DNA of 64,000 nt, taken from NCBI GenBank assembly GCA_040752855.1, contig JBFMHP010000031.1:10340-74339 (forward strand), written 5' to 3'. This DNA is from Pseudomonadota bacterium (lineage in GTDB: Bacteria > Pseudomonadota > Gammaproteobacteria > RBG-16-57-12). Position 1 is the stretch's first letter. Every line of letters starts with the position of its first letter. Under the pieces are notes generated by a model that did no database searches, was not told the origin of the DNA, and saw only the letters and a program-made list of their open reading frames with translations. The translations under genes and the position numbers were made by a program. This document shows positions 42,176 to 50,903 of this stretch, piece by piece.

Positions 42176-44142
42176 GACTGCGCGCTCACCTCACACAGCC
42201 GGTCGCCGTGGGCCTGTTGCTGGCGGCGTTGGCCGGTGTGTTGCTGAGCGCATGGTTCCTGGCACAGGCCCAGGACGCGGTGCTCGCCGAGCGCCAAGAG
42301 CGCGAGGTGATGATGCAAGGCATGGCGTTTGCAGAACTGGTGGCGGCGCTGGAAACGGCGGAACCCGACAGCGGCGCAGCGCGTATTGCTGCGCTTACGA
42401 GCGCATGGGCTGCGCGTTTTCCCGAGATCGTGACGCTGCGCGTCGTGCGCAGCGCCGACGCCCGGTTGCTCGCTTCGACCGACGCGCGCGATGCGCCGCC
42501 GTTTCCACGCCGTCTGGCGCGTGAGGAGAAACCGCTCTATGACCTTGGTCAGGAGTTGCGCGCCAACGTCGAGACCAACCTCGCGGAAGGGGTGTTTCGT
42601 AAGAAGCAGATCGATGTCGTCCGCCTCGACCAAACCCATTTGCGCGTGGCGGCGCCGTATTCGGTGGCGGGCAATGTCGTTGGCTTTGTTCAGATCGAAC
42701 AGCGTGTGGCGGCGCCCGTGCCGCCCTCGGCCGCGGGCAAAGCGGCGCTATTGATCGCCATGCCGCTGGCGTTGTTTCTGTTCGGAACCTGGTTTTTGCC
42801 GCGGCGTACGGACGCGGGTCGGCCCTGGGTCCACTATGGCATTGCATTGCTGCTGCTTGGTGTCACGTTGTATGGTCAGGCGCGCATCGGTCTGGGCGAA
42901 CTTGGTACGCGCGAGGAAGGGTACGCAGCGGAACTCGCGCAGCACTATTCTTCGATCCTGCGTGAATTTCAAACCGCCGCCAGCGCGCACGGGATTGCGG
43001 TCGAACCGGTGAGGGAGAACCGCTGGGATGTGGATGAGTATCAACGCCCGCGCCTGCTCATCACCGGCGACGGCAGTCTGGACCGTGCGGTGTTTGCGAA
43101 GGAGACCGGTGCGCGTCACGATCGTTTGCGCAACGCGCTGTGGGGCAATGCCGCGCTCAGCGCGCTGTTGCTCAGCTTCGTGGCGCTCGGCTACGCGCGG
43201 CGCCTGCGCCTGACGCTGATCGAGCACCGGAGCGCCTACGCCTATGTGGCGCCGGCAATCATCGGTATGCTGGTGCTGGTGTTTTACCCGTTCGCCTACG
43301 GTGTGGCCTTGTCGTTCACCGACACCACGCTGTTCAATGAGAATCTGCCGCTGGGCGAGCTGTGGGTCGGTATGAAAAATTACCTCGCGATCCTCGGCGA
43401 CTTCCAGGTGCTGCGCAGCACCGAGGGCGGCTGGGTGGTGAACTACCAGAACTTCTACTGGACGCTCTTCATCACCGTGGCATGGACGGTGTGCAACGTC
43501 ACCATCGGCGTGGGCGTCGGTCTGCTGCTGGCGTTGGCGCTCAACACCAAGGGGCTGCGCTTTACCAACGTCTACCGAGTGTTGCTGATCCTGCCGTGGG
43601 CGATCCCCAATTACATCACCGCGCTCACCTGGCGCGGCATGTTTCACAAACAGTACGGTGTCATCAACCAAATAATCCAGATGTTCGGCGGCGAGCCGGT
43701 ATCGTGGTTCGACGATGTGTTCACCTCGTTTCTGACCGGCATCGCCACCAACGGTTGGCTGAGTTTTCCGTTCATGATGGTGGTGATCCTGGGCGGCTTG
43801 CAGTCGATCCCGCAGGATGCCTACGAGGCCGCGCGCGTCGAGGGCGCCAGCCGCTGGCAGCAGTTCCGCCATATCACGCTGCCGTATCTGCGCCCGACCT
43901 TGATTCCGGCAGTCATCCTCTCGGTGGTGTGGACCTTCAATATGTTCAACATCATCTATCTGGTCTCGGGCGGCGAACCGGCCGGCTCCAACGAGATCCT
44001 CATCACCCAGGCGTACAAGATCGCCTTCGAGAAATATCAGTACGGCTATGCCGCGGCTTATTCGGTGGTGATCTTCATGATCCTGCTGGTGTACGGCGTG
44101 TTCCAGAACCGCGTCACACGCGCGACGGAGGCGATCACATGA
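42172..44142 (+). CDS. malF: MalF-like ABC permease with an N-terminal extension of about 340 aa
   Basis: The C-terminal half is a typical MalF/G-type TMD carrying the EAA-like loop. The N-terminal 340 aa hold three extra TM helices and a ~170-aa predicted periplasmic domain. ATGA overlap with malE. Confidence 0.8.
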   Translation: MRLRAHLTQPVAVGLLLAALAGVLLSAWFLAQAQDAVLAERQEREVMMQGMAFAELVAALETAEPDSGAARIAALTSAWAARFPEIVTLRVVRSADARLLASTDARDAPPFPRRLAREEKPLYDLGQELRANVETNLAEGVFRKKQIDVVRLDQTHLRVAAPYSVAGNVVGFVQIEQRVAAPVPPSAAGKAALLIAMPLALFLFGTWFLPRRTDAGRPWVHYGIALLLLGVTLYGQARIGLGELGTREEGYAAELAQHYSSILREFQTAASAHGIAVEPVRENRWDVDEYQRPRLLITGDGSLDRAVFAKETGARHDRLRNALWGNAALSALLLSFVALGYARRLRLTLIEHRSAYAYVAPAIIGMLVLVFYPFAYGVALSFTDTTLFNENLPLGELWVGMKNYLAILGDFQVLRSTEGGWVVNYQNFYWTLFITVAWTVCNVTIGVGVGLLLALALNTKGLRFTNVYRVLLILPWAIPNYITALTWRGMFHKQYGVINQIIQMFGGEPVSWFDDVFTSFLTGIATNGWLSFPFMMVVILGGLQSIPQDAYEAARVEGASRWQQFRHITLPYLRPTLIPAVILSVVWTFNMFNIIYLVSGGEPAGSNEILITQAYKIAFEKYQYGYAAAYSVVIFMILLVYGVFQNRVTRATEAIT

Positions 44143-45020
44143 AGCGCGCCACCAGCGACCAGAAACAGCACGTGCTGCTCCACCTGGTGCTCATCAGTTT
44201 CACGCTGCTGGCGATCTATCCGATCCTGTGGGTGCTCACGCTGGCGTTCTCCGGCGGGCAGAGTCTGGTAGTCGTCGATCTGCCGGCGGAGCCTGGGTTT
44301 CTCGACCGTGTGCGCAGTGTGCTGCCCTGGCCCGAGACGGTGTCGCTGAAAAACTTCGCCGATGTGTTGATCGACGAACCGTTCGGCCGCTGGCTGTTCA
44401 ACAGCGCGATCGTCGCCGGCGCCACCACCTTGCTCGGCGTATTCCTCGCCTGCACCGCGGCCTATGCATTTTCGCGCTTCCGTTTCCCCGGGCGGCGCAC
44501 CGGCATGATGATGTTTCTGGTCTCGCAGATGTTCCCGGGCACGCTGATGATGGTGCCGCTGTTCATCATCATCGTGAAGTGGCTGCATCTCGGCAACACC
44601 TATCTAGGTCTGGTGCTGGTGTACGCGGTGACTTCGATCCCGTTCTGCGTGTGGATGCTCAAGGGTTACTTCGACACCATCCCGATCGAGATCGAGGAAT
44701 CGGCGATCATGGACGGCGCCTCGCCGGCGACGATCTTCTTTCGCATCATCCTGCCGCTGGCCAAACCGGCGGTTGCCGTCACCGCGCTGTTCTCGTTCAT
44801 GACCGGCTGGAACGAATTCATCCTCGCCTCGATTTTCATGGAGGAGGAGACCGCCTACACCGCACCAGTCGGGCTGCGTTTCTTTGTTGGCGGGTTTTCC
44901 GCGCAGTGGGGCTATTTTGCTGCCGGTTCCATCATTGTTTCACTGCCGGTAGTGGCGCTGTTCTACTACCTGCAAAAGTACCTGATCGCCGGGCTCACCG
45001 CCGGCGGGGTGAAGGGGTAG
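44139..45020 (+). CDS. malG: MalG-like ABC permease
   Basis: MKRATSDQKQHVLLHLVLISFTLLAIYPILWVL... Six TM helices and an EAA motif region. ATGA overlap with the malF stop. The 552-aa ORF listed at 43362 is this gene plus a spurious upstream extension. Confidence 0.85.
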   Translation: MKRATSDQKQHVLLHLVLISFTLLAIYPILWVLTLAFSGGQSLVVVDLPAEPGFLDRVRSVLPWPETVSLKNFADVLIDEPFGRWLFNSAIVAGATTLLGVFLACTAAYAFSRFRFPGRRTGMMMFLVSQMFPGTLMMVPLFIIIVKWLHLGNTYLGLVLVYAVTSIPFCVWMLKGYFDTIPIEIEESAIMDGASPATIFFRIILPLAKPAVAVTALFSFMTGWNEFILASIFMEEETAYTAPVGLRFFVGGFSAQWGYFAAGSIIVSLPVVALFYYLQKYLIAGLTAGGVKG

Positions 45021-45099
45021 TAGTTGGTATAAATATGCGTGGATACTGCAAGGTAATTCCTTTGTTCATCATTAACCAAAGAGAGCCAGGAGGTGGATC

Positions 45100-45912
45100 A
45101 TGTGTAGCAAACGAACGACGTTGTTGGCGGCCGCAGTGGCCGCATTGATGGCGGGGCCGGTGGCCGCGCAGACCGTCACATTCACAGACCCGACCGGCGA
45201 CGATAAGGGGCCGGGCAACTATGCCTATCCCACCGATCCAGTGTATACACCGGGATCGTTTGACTTGACGGAATTGTCGGTTGAAACCAAGGGCGACAAT
45301 GTCACTTTCAATACCAGCGTGGCAACCAAACTGGAAGATCCCTGGGGAATGGGTGTGGGCTTTGCGGTGCAGATGATGTTCATCTTCATCGACACCGACC
45401 GCAAGGAGGGTAGTGGACACACTGAAGGATTGCCAGGTCTCAATATCAAATTCGATCCGAAATTCGCCTGGGACAAGGTGGTGATTCTCTCACCGCAGAA
45501 AAAGGCGCGGGTCGACAGCGAAGTGCGCAGCAAGGCTGAGGCGTTGGCTGCAGATATCGTAGTGCCCGCACGTACCACCGGACGAGGCAAGACCATCAGT
45601 GGCAAGGTGAAGTTGAGTGAACTTGGCGGCGGTGACCCGGCAAGCTGGGCTTACCAGGTTGTGGTGCAGTCCAACGAGGGTTTTCCAGCCAAGACCGATC
45701 TTTTGACTCGCAAGGTCAATGAATATGAGGGCCAGCATCGCTACGGTGGCGGCAACGATGGGGATTGTGATCCCCACGTGATGGATATCCTCGCGGGTAA
45801 GGGCAACGGGGCTACCGAGGAGGTCGAGCTGCAACACCAGCAGCTTAGCTATGAATGCGGTGAAGGCGGTGAGAGCGTGAAGATGGCAACACTCAAGATG
45901 GTTACCAAATAG
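45100..45912 (+). CDS. Secreted protein, paralog A, carrying a conserved DPTGDDxGPGxYxYP domain
   Basis: Signal peptide (MCSKRTTLLAAAVAALMAGPVAAQT). Its N-terminal ~115 aa align with the protein at 48184 and end at a shared AWDKVVILSP / AWEKAVILTP block. Confidence 0.7.
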   Translation: MCSKRTTLLAAAVAALMAGPVAAQTVTFTDPTGDDKGPGNYAYPTDPVYTPGSFDLTELSVETKGDNVTFNTSVATKLEDPWGMGVGFAVQMMFIFIDTDRKEGSGHTEGLPGLNIKFDPKFAWDKVVILSPQKKARVDSEVRSKAEALAADIVVPARTTGRGKTISGKVKLSELGGGDPASWAYQVVVQSNEGFPAKTDLLTRKVNEYEGQHRYGGGNDGDCDPHVMDILAGKGNGATEEVELQHQQLSYECGEGGESVKMATLKMVTK

Positions 45913-46010
45913 TGATGAGGTTGTAGCAAGTGAAGAGTAGTCCACACATTTAACCGCGGGATCGGCTCGACCAACGAGGCAGCACACCCGCAACAGGAGG
46001 ATAGTTCGTC

Positions 46011-48110
46011 ATGTCTAGCAGAATCAGAACAAGCCGCATTGCAGCGGCGGTGGGATCGGCACTCATGCTCCCAAGTCTGGGGAGTGCCGCGGAGATTGGT
46101 GAAATGCGTTGGTCAGGCAGTGTCTATGCCAAGTTTCTGGATGGTAATCGAAGGCTGGAGAACGGTCTTTACGGCAATTCGGAACAAGGTAACGGCGACC
46201 AAGGGCAAGGGATCGAATTTGAGCTGCTATTCGAGAATCAGGTCTCCAAGCAGGTCGAAATCGGCGGCCGGCTCTCGTCTCGTTTCAATAAGAACTACTG
46301 GTCCAACTTTGGTGGTTTCGGGGCCCAGGAGGAAGATGAACTCTCGGCGCAGTATATGAAGATGCGTGGTGCGTGGGCCCGGTTAACACCGGGTTATGAA
46401 TGGCTCGATTCGGCCCATATCGGCTCGCACGACTTCGGTCTGTTCGATGCATTTACCATGGGCAAGTATCGCTATATCGATCGCGATAATGCCTCGGGCA
46501 TCATTCTCCAGGGTTCAGCGCAGGACGATAAACTGCGCTGGGACCTGGCACGCCAATCTTTGCCACGGCTGTTCGCCGGTCCGCGGTTTCGCACGGATAA
46601 CGGAGACTCATTTGCCTTGCAGGCGCAGGATTCTGCCTGGGCCGGCCAGATCAAATATGCCTACACCCCGGAGATGAATCTCGGCGTGATCCTCGAACAT
46701 ATCAGCGACAACGAAGTGGAATCCACCGAAGACGATACCCGTGATGGGCAGAGCACCTCCAATCGCTACAACAACACCGTGCTCGGGCTCAAAGGCGATT
46801 ACAGCGCCGGCGGTCCAGTCGATGTGCGGGCGGCCGTTTATCGTTCCGAGATCAATATCCGCGATAACGTCTGCGATGGCAGCCTCAATGGCAACTGCCG
46901 CTTCAGCCCGACGGTACAGGATGATGCCACTGACACGGCCGTCACCCTTGATCTCGATTTCAACGATACCTTCGCCGAAGGACTGACGTTCAATGTGCAA
47001 CTGTTTCGCATCGGAGCAGACTTCCAATCGGTGCTAGCCACTCGACGCGAAGCCGACGTGCTGCGCACCGAAGGTCGTGAGGGCAGCTGGGGATGGAGTC
47101 GGCCGGACTACAATTTCGGCAACCGTGCCAATGCCAACTCCCAGGCGGGTATCGGCTATGGCGGCTGGAATGGGACGGCACAGCAGGTGGTCTCGCTGAT
47201 GGCCGACAACGACTTCACCGACTTTGACGAGACCATGGCCGAGAGCGTGATCGGCTGGCAGGGCATCACGATCGTGCCGAAGTGGATGCTGGGCGACTGG
47301 GAATGGTCTGCGGAATACAGCTATATCGATTTCGATACCAACTGGCAGGCCTGTGGTAAGGCAACCAAGGCCGAATGTATCTACAATCGCCAGGACGGCA
47401 TCCACAGCTGGGGGTTGGGAGGGGACTTCCGCTCCCCCTACGCACCCTATCAGGAAAAGACCCTGCAGATCTTCGCCCTTCACGCCGCGAAGGCTCTGGA
47501 CATCGGCACTGGTCTCGATGTTAGTGCACGGTTTAAGTATATCCATGATGAAGATGATCGGCTGACGGACAACAGCAAGCTCGCCGATGCCTATGATGGC
47601 TATCCTGATGCGGCCTTTGCGTTGAATCTAGACTGGTTGGCGCTGCCTGGGGCGCAGACGGCGGTAACCAGTGTGAAGGATGATGATCGTGAGGCGGATT
47701 ATTACACGTTGGGCGCCTCAGCGGGTTATCAGGTAACCCGGGATCTTTACGGACGCGTGGTTTACGAGTACCAATATGTTGATTTGGTCGACGGCACGAC
47801 CAACGTGGCGCCGGTTGGGATGGGCTTTGAAGTCAGCAATGACTTCGGCTATGCGGAGTACCTTACCGGTACTCACAGAAAGCACAAGATCGCCTTTCAG
47901 CTCTCATATTTCCTGTCCGGGGTTGAAATCGGTGCCGATATCCAGTGGTTGATTGGCACCTATGATCCGGAGTTCCGCGCGGGTAGCGGTCAGACGGTGC
48001 AGCGTACCGCAGACGGCAGTGCTGTGATTACCCCGCTGGGCAACATCGAGGTGGATGAGGTCGACTTGAAGCACTATCGGATGAAGGCCTTTATGAAGGT
48101 AAAATTCTAG
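46011..48110 (+). CDS. Large outer-membrane beta-barrel protein (699 aa), family unknown
   Basis: Signal peptide (AAAVGSALMLPSLGSAAE), alternating amphipathic beta-strand-like sequence rich in Y/G/D/N, and a C-terminal Phe (KAFMKVKF). Confidence 0.65.
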   Translation: MSSRIRTSRIAAAVGSALMLPSLGSAAEIGEMRWSGSVYAKFLDGNRRLENGLYGNSEQGNGDQGQGIEFELLFENQVSKQVEIGGRLSSRFNKNYWSNFGGFGAQEEDELSAQYMKMRGAWARLTPGYEWLDSAHIGSHDFGLFDAFTMGKYRYIDRDNASGIILQGSAQDDKLRWDLARQSLPRLFAGPRFRTDNGDSFALQAQDSAWAGQIKYAYTPEMNLGVILEHISDNEVESTEDDTRDGQSTSNRYNNTVLGLKGDYSAGGPVDVRAAVYRSEINIRDNVCDGSLNGNCRFSPTVQDDATDTAVTLDLDFNDTFAEGLTFNVQLFRIGADFQSVLATRREADVLRTEGREGSWGWSRPDYNFGNRANANSQAGIGYGGWNGTAQQVVSLMADNDFTDFDETMAESVIGWQGITIVPKWMLGDWEWSAEYSYIDFDTNWQACGKATKAECIYNRQDGIHSWGLGGDFRSPYAPYQEKTLQIFALHAAKALDIGTGLDVSARFKYIHDEDDRLTDNSKLADAYDGYPDAAFALNLDWLALPGAQTAVTSVKDDDREADYYTLGASAGYQVTRDLYGRVVYEYQYVDLVDGTTNVAPVGMGFEVSNDFGYAEYLTGTHRKHKIAFQLSYFLSGVEIGADIQWLIGTYDPEFRAGSGQTVQRTADGSAVITPLGNIEVDEVDLKHYRMKAFMKVKF

Positions 48111-48183
48111 TTCGTAAGAAATGAACGAGGCCGAGTCAGATTCGGCCTCGTTCTTCTCCAAGTCAAAAAGTGGCAGGTAGTGT

Positions 48184-49344
48184 TTGATGCAATTGCTGAG
48201 GCGTGTTGTGCGACCGGGAATATTCATAGGGCTGTTGGTATGTGACGTTTGTCTTGGCGCCACGGGTATAGAGATCGAGGATGTTCGCGGTGATGATGTC
48301 GGTGCTGGCGGCATCGTCTATCCCGATCGTGATGACTTTGCGCCAGGGGATCTGGATCTAGTGTCCTTTGCTGCGGAGCCCGCGACAGACGGTGTGTGGT
48401 TCGAGGCGAGTTTTGCAAACCCCATCCGCTCCCCGCGCGGCCGTGTTGTTGGTCTAGGACCCGAGCCCGTGGATCGATATGCCCGACTCGGGTTCTACAC
48501 CTTTAACCTTGATATTTACATCGACCAAGATGGTATTGTGGGCTCGGGCAACACCGCCACCGTTCCGGGGCGACAAGCGGCAGTGGATACCAGGTATGCT
48601 TGGGAGAAGGCGGTGATACTTACGCCGCGGCCCACCGAGGCCCGTACTTTGCTTGAGGGGTACTTCGAACGCACCCTGGAAGAGCAGAAAAGGGCGGTAG
48701 AGGGCCGGGTGAGTGCCGAAGAACTCGCCGCAATCAGGGCTTCGGTCAAGGCCCGCGTGGGGGATGCCTTCTACTTTCCCAGCGATGTGCGGGTACAGAA
48801 GCAAACGATCCGTTTTTTCGTCCCGGCGAGTTATCTGGGTGCAGGGTTCAATGAATCATGGCGTTACGTTGTCCTCGTCACTGGAGCCGAGATTGAACAA
48901 AACATGCACCTCATCGGAAAATCATCTCAAGGTTTTACGCTGATGATGATGCCGGTCTCAGTTGGAAGGCCACGCGACCGCTTTGGCCTGCAACGCGATG
49001 CCGACGGTGGTCAGCCGCCGATCGTTGATTTGCTCACACCAGAACCCGGGTTGCAGCAGCGGATTCTCTCCAACTACAACATCGTAACCGGACAGTTGGC
49101 AACATTACCTGGCGTGCCTTCAAAGGCTATCAAACCTGAACCTGGGCCAGGCCGCACATTCACGCCTTCACCTAGAGAGTCAGACATTGATGACCTGCTC
49201 AATGCGTCGCCCGTACCGGCGCAACAGTCCTCCGGGCGTAGTATCGCGGAACGGTTACGAAACTTAAACCAGCTCAAAAATGAAGGGCTAGTCAGCGATG
49301 AAGAATATAAACAGCTGCGAGAGAAAATACTCTCGGAGATCTAA
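48184..49344 (+). CDS. Secreted protein, paralog B, with the same N-terminal domain plus a C-terminal SHOCT domain
   Basis: Signal peptide, N-terminal domain homologous to the 45100 protein (GDDVGAGGIVYPD...RYAWEKAVILTPRP), and a C-terminus matching the SHOCT pattern (ERLRNLNQLKNEGLVSDEEYKQLREKILSEI). Confidence 0.65.
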   Translation: MMQLLRRVVRPGIFIGLLVCDVCLGATGIEIEDVRGDDVGAGGIVYPDRDDFAPGDLDLVSFAAEPATDGVWFEASFANPIRSPRGRVVGLGPEPVDRYARLGFYTFNLDIYIDQDGIVGSGNTATVPGRQAAVDTRYAWEKAVILTPRPTEARTLLEGYFERTLEEQKRAVEGRVSAEELAAIRASVKARVGDAFYFPSDVRVQKQTIRFFVPASYLGAGFNESWRYVVLVTGAEIEQNMHLIGKSSQGFTLMMMPVSVGRPRDRFGLQRDADGGQPPIVDLLTPEPGLQQRILSNYNIVTGQLATLPGVPSKAIKPEPGPGRTFTPSPRESDIDDLLNASPVPAQQSSGRSIAERLRNLNQLKNEGLVSDEEYKQLREKILSEI

Positions 49345-49473
49345 AGTAGTTAACTAGCCACGATGGAGCATTGCTGTCACCCACATTGCATGCATTAAGT
49401 GAAATATGGAGAAGAAAAATCGGCTTCTGGCACGCCTTGATGACGTCGGCCTCACTGGAGTACTGAGGTCCAC

Positions 49474-49968
49474 GTGGGTAATCGCACCGTGTCGTTTGTC
49501 CATGCAGCCCAACGCAGTCCGGTGCAAAACGTGGCCAACATTCTCCAGCTAAAACCCCGTGTCATATTCGATAAAACTATCACCATTGTCTTCGGCGTGA
49601 TCCTGGGGTTTATCACGCTGGCGATGATACTGGGCGTGGTTCAGTTGTTTTACAACTTGCTGGAAATCTTCATCAAGCCGGACGCCGCAGCACAGTATCA
49701 TAAGATGATTTCTCATATCCTGACCCTGTTCATCCTGGTCGAGCTGTCGCGCTCACTGGTGGAATATTTCGATACCCACATGATCAAGATCACCTTCATT
49801 ATCGATGCTTCCCTGATCTTCGTGCTGCGGGAGATCATGATCAATCTTTTCGAACAGAAAGTAGGCACAGGAGAGATTTACGCGCTCAGCGGCTTGCTGC
49901 TGGTCATCGGCATTTTGCGCATCGGTGCTGTTTGGGCACAAGTGCATGTGGCCAAACAACCCAGCTAG
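49474..49968 (+). CDS. PsiE-like small membrane protein
   Basis: Four predicted TM helices and a LFILVELSRSLVEYF segment. The gene has lower GC than its neighbours. Confidence 0.4.
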   Translation: MGNRTVSFVHAAQRSPVQNVANILQLKPRVIFDKTITIVFGVILGFITLAMILGVVQLFYNLLEIFIKPDAAAQYHKMISHILTLFILVELSRSLVEYFDTHMIKITFIIDASLIFVLREIMINLFEQKVGTGEIYALSGLLLVIGILRIGAVWAQVHVAKQPS

Positions 49969-50534
49969 TGTTCTGATTGGTTATTTTTTCGGTTAAGGTA
50001 TCGATGCACAAGCCAGACGAGCAGACCTCCCACCCCGATCGCGGCGAACAGCTCTGCTTCGTAGTGCTTCACCTTGCCGATCCATGCCTCGAAGGCCTGA
50101 CCGAATAAGTAACCGAGCAGTCCGACACACATAGCCCAGAGCAAGGCGCCTAAGATGTTGAGCAGGATGAAGCGCAACGTTGGAACTCTGCTCATGCCCA
50201 ACACGAATGGCGTTATCGTGCGCAGGCCATACAAAAAACGGAATCCAAGGATCAGCGCAAATTGATGGCGCTCCATGAGACCGAAGACTGTAGACGCCTT
50301 GGGTTTCCATGCGGAATGACTTTCCAACCAGTGCTGGCCGCGCAAGCGTCCCAGAAAGAAATAGAGCTGATCCCCGCACCAGGTTCCGAGAAAGGCGGCG
50401 AGGATCACGCCCTGCAGATTCAGATACCCAAGATGGGCGGCAAGTCCGCCCAATATGAGAATGGTTTCACCCTCCAGGAAGGTGCCCAGTAATATGGCCA
50501 GATAGCCATAATGTTCTATGAAGGATTGCAGCAT
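49965..50534 (-). CDS. dedA: DedA/SNARE-associated family membrane protein
   Basis: YGYLAILLGTFLEGETILILGG...LGRLRG and the family's G-rich loop motifs. Confidence 0.8.
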   Translation of the reverse strand: MLQSFIEHYGYLAILLGTFLEGETILILGGLAAHLGYLNLQGVILAAFLGTWCGDQLYFFLGRLRGQHWLESHSAWKPKASTVFGLMERHQFALILGFRFLYGLRTITPFVLGMSRVPTLRFILLNILGALLWAMCVGLLGYLFGQAFEAWIGKVKHYEAELFAAIGVGGLLVWLVHRYLNRKNNQSEH

Positions 50535-50689
50535 GTATTCGCTTTATTTGTCTTCAATTGCAGAAGCCGGCGCTCAACGGATTCGCACACTGATACCGAA
50601 ATCGTGTTAAGCGCGGCTTCATGCGTTGAAGACTTTTCAAGGGTTAGCATTGAATGAGTCTTTACTATCGATCGTCTTAGTACTTAAGC

Positions 50690-50825
50690 TCAATATGCAT
50701 GAAATTTCATCCCCTCCCTTGACGGGAGGGCTAGGGGAGGGTGAGAACACTGAAATATCAGTGCGACGCTCACCAGTCCACCCCCACCCTAGCCATCCCC
50801 CATCAAGGGGGATGGGAATCTATCA
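50690..50825. repeat. REP-like nested palindromic repeat, family copy 2, in the mgtA leader region
   Basis: cccctcccttgacgggagggctaggggagggtgag...ccacccccaccctag...ccatcccccatcaagggggatgg. Related to copy 1 at 5473. Confidence 0.7.
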
Positions 50826-50827
50826 CT

Positions 50828-50848
50828 TTAAGTAAGTGCCATTCGGCC
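50828..50848 (+). other. Copy B of the shared TTAAGTAAGTGCCATTC motif, 55 nt upstream of mgtA
   Basis: Exact 17-mer shared with 36792-36808. A TATATA -10 candidate lies about 25 nt downstream. Confidence 0.6.
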
Positions 50849-50903
50849 GGAACTGATATCCGTGTATCCAGGGTATATATAAGTGGAGGTATCCTCGTCC
50901 GCC

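Noticed and set aside
42748-43872. 374-aa minus-strand ORF, and the 552-aa plus-strand ORF at 43362..45020
   Set aside because: The minus ORF is antisense to malF. The 552-aa plus ORF is malG plus an upstream read-through in the same frame across the malF coding region. The true malG start is ATG 44139, which overlaps the malF stop.
50626-50835. 69-aa Pro/His-rich ORF in the mgtA leader, resembling a MgtL-type proline-rich leader peptide
   Set aside because: It is read entirely through the REP-like palindromic repeat (50690-50825), whose GC-rich arms create Pro/Gly codons, and it lacks a plausible SD.
50828-50903. Possible M-box (ykoK) Mg2+ riboswitch suggested by the TTAAGTAAGTGCC resemblance to the M-box 5' GUUAGGUGAGGC segment
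   Set aside because: Only ~78 nt are available between the REP element and the mgtA start, against ~160 nt for an M-box, and the downstream conserved M-box helices are not recognisable. The motif is kept as an unexplained shared element.
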